Of a stretch of DNA of 64,000 bases, positions 13,301 through 25,700 are shown one piece after another (positions within the stretch are counted from its first letter, which is position 1; the number at the start of each line of letters is the position of its first letter). Both the position numbers and the translations under genes were made by a program. Location of the stretch: NCBI GenBank assembly GCA_051362555.1, contig CM120642.1:28644001-28708000 (forward strand). The letters run 5' to 3'. Below the pieces are notes generated by a model, which saw nothing but the letters and a program-made list of their open reading frames with translations, did no database searches and was not told the origin of the DNA. The DNA is from Lingula anatina (lineage: Eukaryota > Animalia > Brachiopoda).

Positions 13301-16300
13301 TCCAATGATTTTACTCAATAAGTATGACATCATCTTCCGAAGATCCCAAAATCAATCAACTTGGCTTCTTGATGAAAAGAAAACAATTCAAAGATCAAAT
13401 GTCATCAAACGCGGGGTCAAGACACTGGATACACAAGGTCACCTGTGGAGAAAACAAGATGCGCACTGCTGGATATCCAGGTACAAGTTTGATGTTAAGA
13501 AACCGAAGATAACCAAGATCTTTCTCTTTATGAATATAAGAACTTAATCCCCCTCCCTCTCTCTCTCTCTCTTCCCACCCCATCCTTTTCCTTTTTCTCT
13601 CTCCGAGTCTCTCTCCTTAATTATTATACACACTAGTATGGGGTTTCTAATCTCCTGCACAAAATGATTGGGATTCATTGTAGGGACCTGACATTTAAAA
13701 TGTCAATGTATTAGGTCTGCCAGTGACAATTTATTATCCTGTCTTCTATATCCAAGTACAACACAATACCAATGAATGATTTACCATAAATCTGTACCTG
13801 GGCGACAATATCATTTTTTAACTTTTTCTCACAGTGGCATCATACACAGTCAGCATGTTATTATAAAGATGTCAAGTGCAGTAAATGTCATGGCTGATAT
13901 AAAAACCAAAGAACTTAAGTTCGATTCTGCTGATAAGACAGGTCCCTGCGAAGAATTGGTCCAGATCCCTTTGGTCAAAGAAGTGGTCCAGATCCCTGTG
14001 GTCAAAAGGGCGTGGTCCAGATCCCTGTGGTCAATGGGGCATGGTCCAGATCCCTGTGGTCTATAGAGAGTGGTCCAGATCCCTGTGGTCAGTGGAGCGT
14101 GGTCCAGATCCCTGTGGCCAAAGGAAAGTGGTCCAGATCCATGTGGTACAAGGGGAGTGGTCCAGATCCCTGTGGTACAAGGGGAGTGGTCCAGATCCCT
14201 CTGACATCTAACGGGTGTGGCCCAGTGCCCTGTGATTATCTCATCATTATTCAACTTTTGACTCAATAAGCACAGTAGTCTTAGATCATTTTTTTAAAAT
14301 CAATATTCTTGCAATGGAAAGAATTTATTTAAAATACTACCCATAGTTAAAATAGTATCTTCCAATCAATTATCTGTGAGAATGTGTTTTCTGTGTGACT
14401 TAATTCTCCTGCTGGGTGTAAGAGAGAACAAAGATATCAGAGCCATATATACCACGGATCAATTCTGCTATATATGCCATCATGTCTTCAGCTCTCAAAG
14501 GGGGAGGTTATTACAGCCAAACCAGATCACATTTTCAACAGTTTTTGTTCAAAGAGCAGCTACAGAAGAGAACAGCCTACTCATCAGTCAGGTTTGAACA
14601 AAGGCCAACAAATCTACTGCAGTTAATTGGCCATGTTATTCATTCATAGCAATCATGTTAATTGTGCAGAAATGGATGTTTTCCAACACTGTTGTATTCT
14701 GTTGGCTTAACTAAAGGCATCAAATATTAAATACCAATGACTGCTATGATTAGGTTGAATCAAGTGCGAGAATACATAAGTGGCATTTTTCCATTTTCAA
14801 TATGATGTGTGCTTGTCAATGATCTGAAAAGGAAAGCGCTAGAGAAAAGACAATTCCGAGCTATAGAGAAATATCTGTAGCAAAATCAACTTCGGTTGAA
14901 TTATTAATACCCAAATCCAATAAAAATTCCTTCCTGCTCTCTTGTGTTACATAACTCTCTCTCTCAAGGATAAAGCTCCTTACAAAAATGATGGGCTACA
15001 TTAGCAATAATATGATGATGTTCCCATGAAAACCCATATTGATGAAATTGATTTGTACACTACGGGAGTCGAGTTACAGTCACTGGTCAAATAAACTAAA
15101 TATATTGCCTAATGGACTGCTCTAATGTTATGCTATTTTTTCTTCTTTTTTTCCCAGAAAATTAGTAATTTTGTTGGAGGTAGCTATAGATGACATATGC
15201 TATCTAGCCTACATTCCAAATGTATTTTATCCATAGTACTCGCATATGGTTCTAATAACTGTAGACAATACATTTAAATTAATGCAACAACTTGAAAATT
15301 GCATTTTTTTAAACCAAGTCCACGAATGTGAAATATTTTTGACTGATTTACACAAACAACTTCATTTAGTTAAACATAAATTCATCCTTACATGCAGCCA
15401 GCAATCAGGATTTCATCTATATACATGTACATGTATGTGTTAATTACTCAATGTCGTATTTTTTCTTACATCTGTTGAAATTATTTTGAACTTACTAATA
15501 CTCATGTACAACTATGTGTAATTAATTTTAACTACATGACTATCACCTAAGCATCTCTCTTTTGAATATCAATTTTAACAGATTATGTTGACCCTTTTTT
15601 AATCTAGTACAAGTTTTAAAATGTGCAATGTATGTACAATGTACTGTACATATTATTCTGCCTTTGCTTTATTACATTTCATAACAAAATTATCAGTTTT
15701 AAGTGCAAAATGACATTGAATTTGTACAGATAATGTGAACACTATACTTTTCCCTCATACACAAAGAACAAAAAAAATTTGACGAAGAATGCAAAATTAA
15801 TCGAAATCATTCTGGCGCCAGTAATTGGAGACAAACATGCCACTATCTAACAGATACAAAATCAATACCAAACTCTCTCACGTGAAAAGGGAAAATAAAT
15901 CATTGTCAACTCAGATTCAATGTACCTGTATATTTGCTCTATATGTATACTCTTTTTTTTCCAGACAATGGAAAATATCAAACGACATAAGCAGACGTGC
16001 ATCTAATTGAAAATGGTAGGAGGGGGAGGAGAATGGGAGGTACTGATGGATAGCAATCGAGTCTTGCATACTCTTCAGATCAGGTGTATGCTGCAGTAAT
16101 CAGATTGCATGGCATCATGCTGTGAACTACATCCCACCGACTGGAATACCTGCCCTAGCTCCTTCCCCCTAGATTACATGTACAACCGCAGCTGTGTGTA
16201 ATCTTGATACAGAGTTGCCAATATTTACCACTATATTTACATGGGTGATGCCACTATATGCCAGTTAATGAAGAAGTAGACAATCAAATTATCTGCCGGT

Positions 16301-19300
16301 GAGCTCAATAACATTAGAGAGATCTGACTGCCCATGGCAAAGAAAGCGTTTCTCACATGAATCGTATGAACTGAACAATTCTACTGCTCACCAGCCCAAT
16401 ATACACATTAGTGATCGAAGCTGTTGTGGATAACAGGCAAAAGAGTAGCAGCCAGTGTATTTTAACATTTGACATTATACATACAACCAAAATTTGTATG
16501 TTTTCTTATTAAAAAACCTAATTTTGAATAGAAAATGTTTAAGTCACTGCGTGCGCAGGGTGAAGTCAAGAAATGAACTTGCTGTGTTTACTTGCACCAA
16601 AAGTGTCTGTATAATTGTGGTCTCCATCCAATCACTGAATGGTTTATGATTACACGTGTATTGTCAGAGACATGAGACAATGATATTTCATGAGAAGTTG
16701 CATGACTGTATGATTCCCTGTCTGTCTCACGTCACTCCCAATATTGGTCCCAGCAGGGAGTTGGGGGGGGGGGGGGTTCAAAAGAATTGCCTTTTTGGGT
16801 AGAACAGGTCCACTCTGAATACAAATTTGATCTACTAGCAGGTTCTATTTCATTTTTAAAGTTGGGTCAACTAAGAGGCTAAAAAAGCCCATTCTTTCAA
16901 AGAAAGAGCTCCCTCACCTCCCTCTTGTGAAATTGCTAGCTACAGCCCTGCTCTTGATCACTATAAATGTAAATTTTATCATGCACTTCATCTTCAAATT
17001 TTTATTTGAGTTTACGACTACTTTTTTGTTCAACTGCACCTATACTTTCATGGCATTCCTCACTATTGAAAAATAAAAGATCTGATATATATGGGCAAAA
17101 TTAAGGCAGTGATGTTACCACACAATTGTTGTACCCAGAAAATTGGATACTAGAAGATATACAAATATACTGTACAAGTCTGATCCACTTCATGAGAGGA
17201 TAATTATGGATTGTAACTTCGATTCTAGATCCCACATTTTTTCCCACTCTGTATGTGGACCCCAACAATATGTCAATTTGAAGTAATACATCTAGCCTGG
17301 GTAATTTCTTGTTTAGTTTACATCTTCTTCAAGCTAGTCAATACATCACAAGTAAAAGCAAAGACCACTGTGATACCCTGATCCAAGACAATAAATCTCT
17401 GTTCAAAGATGAAAAATAAAATATCATCCAATCTTATTTAATAGCCATAAGATGATACACTGATGTTATTTCTTCACAATTATAGCCAGATTATCGACAG
17501 AAGGCAGTAGATACTGTAGCACATCAAGATGTCTGCGAATCAATCAACTTACCCAAGTTGTCAAACAGAATAAAGACCCGGTACTCTGGGTACTTTGCAA
17601 TTCTAAATCCCTCAAGATTTCTCACCCCCTTTCAATATTCCCCTCTCTCTGAGTCGACTTTAAATCCTCTTTGCCATCATCATGAATAATTGAAGCAGGA
17701 GGACCCAATAAGCTCTGCTCCTGCCTACAGTTTATTTCGTGCATTTCTGGAACATGGATGTCAGTGAACGAATGGTAAAAGGGCCTAATCAATATCGGTC
17801 CATTACTCCAAATCATCTACTTGAGTAAAATGTTCTAGCAAATATGATTACAACAGATAAAACGCTCTTGGGGAATGTTGCTTTCAAATAGTCCATGTTA
17901 AATTTGGATGATTTCAAGGATAAGAGAATTATGGGTACAGAAGTTAACTGGACGATCAGTCGTGCAGGGCTAGTCCAGGGGTTATTCAGCGGTCAGTTTT
18001 TTGATTGGATGGCTTAAATCAGATTCTGTCAACTTAAGTTACGGCCCTGGGGCAATGCATATAATGAAAGAAAACTTAAACATACTAGGAGCAAAGGGGA
18101 AGATAAATGTCTTCAAGTAATGTATTTTCAGAAAATGTCTCAAAGTATAATGGACTAGAGAATCATCTGCGTAGCTTATCTGCCCATGAACCTGCCAATA
18201 AAAGGTAACCCAAGGACATCTTATAACACCCAATTATGACTGTCACTGTGCAAAGAATTCATCCTAGCCATTAAATCTCAAAATAAACCAAGAATAGTTC
18301 AAGCAGCCAGAGTCACAGAGTGACAGTTGTATTAAGCTACTCCTGTACATGGCTACGTGCATCAACCATAGTAATTTAATTCACTTGCCCTGCATAAAAC
18401 TTTAAGAATTTATTATAAATATAAAACAGAATAAATTTAAATATTAGTACTACCAGCAATTGCTGTCCAAACAACTGAAAACATAGTGCTGTTCTCCTCT
18501 TTGTCATTTGTTATAAACCAAAAATACATTTTAAAAAAGGACAATAATGCACATGCAGCAATATGTCAATATCTCAACTTTACTGTGCACCAGGGGCCAG
18601 TTGGATGGTGTCATCATTTCTGAATCCTATACAAAAATGCTGACTAAATGCTACAGAAATGTGCACAGAATAAGCCAAAGAAATGTATGTGAACAATATT
18701 ATAGTAATTGTAATCATAATGTACAGTGATTGATAAAGCAGAATTTTTGTTTCAGTTTTTTCTTTTTATCCTTCAGATTTTTCTTAATCAAAATTTTAGG
18801 GTCTTTTTAATAAGCTTTGTGTAATTTTTATAATTAAGTCTTATATTGCCATTTTAGCTCTCAATTTTGTCAATTTAAAATCTTTATTTATTGTAACATT
18901 TAGTTCTTAAATTGAAAGGTGCATTGAGATTTTAAATGGAATGTCCCATATAAATATAAATTATTTTTAGCATAAATATTACATCATTATTAAATCTCTG
19001 AGCAAAAATCTCTTTCTTTGTCCCTGGTAGAGGGCACCCCAATCTGGATAAGTCAGCCGCGATTCTCCACCTCGCCACCACACCAGTTCAGGTGATGTCA
19101 GTGCACCCTACGACCTCCATCAACGGCAGGTACTTTCTCTAGCCTACTTAAATCATTAAATATTTATTCTAGAACACGTTGGCATCACATCTAGGATGGA
19201 CCTAGGATCCAAAATATTTTGGATCCTAGGATGGACCAGCAACTTAAATAGACATCATGGGGTGTTTCTGTATCTAATAGCTACAGCTGGTGGTTGTGCA

Positions 19301-19578
19301 ACGTGTCTAAATGCGGGTGCACATGTGCATGCATGAATTCATGTGCATTTGTATGTACAAGTAGCATGTATACATCAATGTTTAAATACATTCACGTTAA
19401 GTGCCTGTATTATTGGCTCAGCAGCACACAGGTGACCTTATGCAAATACAGGAGCCAGCTTTTCCAAGTGAAATTTCTTCTGCTCTTTTTACTGGCATTA
19501 ATAGCAAATAAGAATATTAAGTCATGTTGAATAAAGCATGTGACATCTTCCGTAAATATTATTTGCCAATTGATTAAA

Positions 19579-19616
<38 letters not shown>

Positions 19617-19685
19617 ATACTGACACTAGTACTTATACTTTTATTATTGCCAATTGGTTGATTCTTTATTTATTTGATTTTATTT

Positions 19686-19756
<71 letters not shown>

Positions 19757-22700
19757 CTTTAAAACAAAACTGACATATAACCAAAGTCCCAGGACAAAAA
19801 CCATAGAACCTTACATTATACAGAGAGTAAGAATGGTTCTGCCCATTAAAATGAAAACTGTGAGAAGAAACAAATCAATGCCATATTTACAATGATGAGG
19901 GTTTCAGCGGATTCCTACCCAGGCTATCCCAAACTTCAATGATTATACACAAGGATATCTGGGCCAGCATGTGGGCAGTTTCATTAAGAAGATCGATTTG
20001 TTACTCAAGGCAGTATTACATCTATCCACATTTTATCCAGGAGAAACTTACTTCTAGTTGAGCAATACAACTGTTCATTTTCATTTTGCAAAAATGAACA
20101 AATCTTTGTGTACATAGCTTATTGTCACCCATGTGGAGGGGCTGTTGACATAATTATTTGACTGCAATGGTAAGCCATCAGAGGACTTGGTCACACTATA
20201 GTTTGTCTTAGACTGCATTTCCATGACCTTATCATGCCAACTGGATAGATCTACTGGTACCTCAGCAGGAATTTGCGCTTAGGCGCTTAATTCTCTGGCA
20301 CGCTTCCTTGCAAAGCAACTTTACCCAAGTTCTGTACTTTAAGTTACAAGGGGGCATGTAGTTAAACTGAATGCAATTTAACGAGTATCCCCAAGGAGTT
20401 AGATCGATCCAACTAGTACGATAGGGTTATGGGAACAGTTCCTTAAACATTCACAAAATCTCTTGTTGGCAGTACTTTTATACATGGTTTTAATCATGAT
20501 GCTCTGGGTTCAACATCATAATTTCAGGAATCTGGGATACAGGGGCAGATTTAGGCTTCGTTCACATGCAATGTCTATTTTCTAAATTCTATTTTCTATT
20601 TGCGGCATGTCTTATGATCACGGTCTGTGCACTGAATATCCCACCGCGTAATTACTGGCAGCACGGGCCAGTTACTTTAAGTTACTATAAGTAACTGGCT
20701 CGCGCTGCCAGTAATTACGCGGCGGGATATTCAGTGCACAGACTGTGATCATAAGATAGCGCGAATAGAAAATAGAATTTAGAAAATAAACATTGCATGT
20801 GAACGAAGCCTTAGGCCGTCTTCTGGGTCTTCCGGAAGACGGTCAAATTTTTAAGTTTACATTGACGGGTATCTAATATTTTCTGTCGGAAGACGGTCAA
20901 AAATTGAGGACGAATTAACAAAGATAATTTGGAAGACTGTCAGAAAATATCTCTGGATCCGCCCCTGGGATACTACAATGTAGTACTAGTAAGGTTCTGC
21001 AAGAAGGTATACTTGATAACAGGTTAAAGGTATCCTATGCATGGTTTTCCTGCAAAAACTTCATTGAATTCAGTGTGTTATACCATTTCTAATTCAATGA
21101 TTTGGTTTGAAATGCCTGAACAACCACATAGACCACATGTCTTTCTAAACGTTTCAGAAGAAAATTATCAATATCAATATATCATCCACCTTCTGTTTCA
21201 TTTTAGGTTTTTTTTTATCATTTTAAGGTCTGAACTGGAAAAAAAAGGAAATATGGACATGATAGAAAATATGACATTAAGGCATTTTGAAGCACAGTAT
21301 ACCTTTACTTGTAAGTGAGTTGTTTTATGTGAATTAAAATCACCTTTGCAAGTACAATTCTTAGTGAAATCAGATGACTTAAATTATGCAGTACAAAGAT
21401 GGGGAAACAGCAAACACAGTCATACATTCAATTTGGCCAATGCTAACACAACACTTGTTATATACAGTACATTGTTTATAATCTGTCAGAAATTTGGATA
21501 GAATACGTTCAAATCCATAAGACACTCCTACATGTATGGACATTAGAATACTGTATTTAGCTTCATATAAAAATTTTAAAAAAACAGTAAACTTAATGTC
21601 ATATAATTTATCTATACAGATTTTACATTTGATGTCACAATTCATTGAATTTTACCTGGAAGTACAAAAAGTCAAGAATGATCATACTACGTAAGTCAAT
21701 TATGTTTTGGATTGCTGTCATGGAACTATGATAATACAATTATTGATCTTACTAATAAAGACATAAAACATTAATCATTTCATCAAATGACAAATGTTGT
21801 GTTTCTAGTAACCCTTTATCCTTTTTTTCCTGCAAAAAAAATTAAACCCTATACAGTAGATCTAGGATACTGAGTAAAAGCATTGATCTATTTGTAACAG
21901 ACCCAAGAGCATTACTGTTATTTTCTCTTTGAGCAAAAAATAATAAGAGGGGAGCTCTCCACTTCCAAAGATTCTTGAGAGAGCGACACAAAATTTTCCT
22001 GTTCTGGCAATCTAAATTTACTTAAATCCTACAGCAACTTTTGATAAAGATCTAGGTTTGCATGCTACCATTAGGGTGCTTTCCCAGAGATTTAGATTGA
22101 TCTAAAGATTAAGTTTTAGATCGAACTAACTCCCTGGGAGTTCATGCTAAATTGCAGTCAGCCGAGCGGGCACCATAGTTAATTACCCCCTTACAGCTTT
22201 TAGTAGGCGGGACAGACGCTTAAGCTGGCCAAGCTGACAGTAATCTAGTGAGACTCCCCACAGGGATAGATCGATCTAAAAATCTATGGAAATGGGGTGT
22301 TAAACTTTACAAAATGGCAGTAGTACATGTATAAGTATATGTATTACAGTATATGAGTATATCATTATATGGACTGAATTTCCCCCATTTACCTAACCAA
22401 ATTCCATGTCCCAATAGGCTGACCACCTAATATTATATTTATCACTTTGGGATTTGTTGGCTAAACTGGTATCAGCCTGTTGATAAACTGGAATATAAAA
22501 ATGTGTAATTTTTGCTATTGTTTCAGCAGCATCATATGCCAAAATCTCATAATCTATAAAAAAAGGAAAGGAAAAAACTCAGATTGCTTATGTACTTTTG
22601 TTGCCATGTATAAATCAGTATTACATGAACTTCATTGTCGAACAATGATGTAAAGCTGAACAAGGGGCCCATTCCCACTTCTTGATAGAGCACATCAGGG

Positions 22701-25700
22701 GTGGATCCAGAGATATTTTTTTCTGAGAGTCTTCCAAATTATTTTTGTTGATCCATCCTCCATTTTTGACCATCTTCCAACAGAAAAATTTCAATCTGAC
22801 TGTCTTCCAGAAGGCCCAGACGATGGCCTCAATCCACCCATGCACATGTGATTTTACAAGACAGGTGGCCACTGTGTAATATATCATCTGAAGTCATCAT
22901 CACGTCATAATAAGTTCATTCATCAGCAAGCTGTGTCTTCAGCTATACAAACTTCACATTAGTCCAAATGGAGCTCTTCTACATTCAGCAGCGCTTGGTT
23001 TCAACGCTATGTGAGCAGAATAGATCATTTTAAATCACAAAAAGGCTGCATCATTCAACCAGTTTTATAATAAATGATATAATTTGTCCCACAATTGTTA
23101 AGATGAAATATTATGTTGCATTGAGTGCAAGAGGATGTCGATGACCATAAATAGATAAGGCCTAGGAAATCCAGTTTGGTTTTTAAAAGTGGTAAATGGA
23201 ATAAAATAAAGTATGGATATGAGGGGCAATCAAATAAAAAAACTGTCATCATTCATGTCAATGTGTTTAAAAGAACTGACATTGTACATAAGTGCCTTAA
23301 TAATTTGACATAAACCAGAAACACTTGGATTCATCATTGTAAACCACCTGAGACAGTAAAGCCAGGCTTGGTGTTAATGTTCTAGCAGTTCTGTATCCCT
23401 TGACAACATTAACTTAATTTGTCTTAAAAGAAGTTGTTAAGACATTCTACCTCTGGAGCTTTTCTGGCCATTACGGAGAAAACCTCAGGAGATCAGGCTA
23501 ACATATCGTAAATGATTTCCCTTAGCAAAACAAAAAGTTTCCAGCAAATTAAGAGTTACCAAGAAAAAAACTGTTGCTGTAAATTTGTGAAAGCATACCA
23601 GTAATGATGTCAAGTTTGCAGCAAGTTTGTAAGAAGCCTAAAATTTTCAGAATGGGAGGCAAGGTCAGTCAAGAAAGAAAATACAATATATCACTTGTAT
23701 ATGTATGTCCATGCATGCAGAAACACACATCATATAATCTATTAATTAGATGAAAACTTTAAGCTAGATTACACCATCACATCATCTTTACAGCTAACAG
23801 ATGAACTACTGGCATGGGAGAGCGATGAACAATTCACATGGATAGTGACATAGGCCCCATTCAGAACGGCAGACTTACAAGTCCCAGGGTCAAATATGGC
23901 CTACCCACATGACTTGAATACTATTCAGCGTCTATTAGGGTATTAGATGGCAAGCTTTGTAGTGGGTCGTCATATTTGACCCTCGGACTAGTTAATCCAC
24001 AGTTCTGACTGTGGCCATAGACTAAGGCCAGTTCATAACACAGTCCAGTGACGGATCTGGTCAAAGATGTCCCTTAGAAATGAAGACTGGCAATACAGAG
24101 AGGTGATCAGAACAGAGCCATTGGACAGTTGATAGTGATCTCCTGATACTGTGTTCCGTGGAATAAGAAGACTGACACTGACATTATTATTAACGACAAA
24201 TGAATTCCAAATTAAATTTGAACCACAATTGTATTTTTTTATATTTAATATACATTTTTGATTTAAACTGTATGCAGTCTGCAGTCTTTTAATTTATATG
24301 TACAGATTATTTTAAGAAACAGAAAACTGTTCAATGCCTTCATGATTAACCCAAATTCAATTCTTTTGTAGTTTCCAATGAGAAAATGAATAAAACTGAT
24401 CACTTTTGGAATTGCATAGCTGTGCAAATATTTAAAGAATGGAATACGTTTGGTTCCATATTTTATCAGCTCTGAAAAATACAAGTACAAATGACCCTTA
24501 GCAATATAAGTAGTGGGTCAATAAAACAAGTGAGCGCAGGCATTATCATCAAAAAAGCTCCAGTTCTCATCAAATACGCTCTGATTGATCAGTTAAGCAA
24601 ACGCTGCAAAGAAGTTCTACTTATCACAAGAAGCTGCTTGGTTGTATTAAGCTCTGACCTGGCTGCTTTCTTTTCTCAATCTACCTATCTCAAAGAGTGA
24701 GAATATTCTGATGAAGGGCAGAAATAAACTACCATCTGGGGCTAAGAAATTTTCTGTAGTGAAACTTTAAGTAATTATAATTAAACAGTGATTTGATCAC
24801 AAAATTAGCTTCGGTGGATTTTCAAAATACACAGTCAGTCTATTGGTAGAATTGTTGCAAGTCTGTTAAAACTGCTATTTCTTATTAATAAATGTTGAAA
24901 GTGGGAGACACAATTTTTGTATAATCAAAAAGTTTTTCCAGAGAGTAAAAGAATATAAAAAAAATGTGAAAATACTTGGAATGACTCCAAATCAAAATAT
25001 TTTCCCAGTTACCGCTCTATATAAAATGATTTTCTACATACAATATTTCAATAATCAGCTAAAGAAGGAGTTTTTATATAAGGTATATCAATCATGAAAA
25101 GCATCTGCTATTTCAATTAATATCAGAACAAATTCTGTCTTTGGTCGATTTTTTCCTCAACTTACAATGTCATTCTTTCTCATTTGTGTATAAGTGTTCT
25201 TCCGTTTTAGACTGTTCATAATTGTTTGACATTTCAATGGCTCTTAGACTCTCTTCTGCTCTATCTGTGCTTTTATTAACAGATAAATCCTGAACTTTAT
25301 TGTCTCTGGCAGATCTTGGCAAAGACTAAAATAATGGATCAGGATATGAAAAGCTGCCAAGCTACATGGAGTGCTCAAGGCATCACAAATCTACCTCATA
25401 AAGTGCGACAGTACCGATACATCGAATAAAACATTAATCAATGGAACTACAACTGATGAGAAAAAAATGCTCCTGATAATTTCAAATAAATAGGAGACTT
25501 CAATAAAAAATATAGATACTGGTAATCAAAATGGTATTAAAACTGAATTGATGGTGACATTCATTTTCTATTTCTTTTCATAGGTGTATTATTAAAATGT
25601 TCAACATTGAATAGCCCCATAGTGCACAACTAATAAAATTTCATAAGCAAAAAGTAAACTTATTGAGCTATATTTATTTGTATTTCAGCACACTTTATGA

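Noticed and set aside
13305-13547. Overlapping short ORFs in GABBR1 intron 1
   Set aside because: No recognisable domain or splice context; possibly TE debris.
13957-14235. CRISPR-like repeat/spacer appearance
   Set aside because: The variable parts are only ~9 nt and related to each other, there are no cas genes, and the context is a eukaryotic intron. It is a minisatellite.
13776-14269. Repetitive ORFs on both strands
   Set aside because: Generated by the 29-bp minisatellite.
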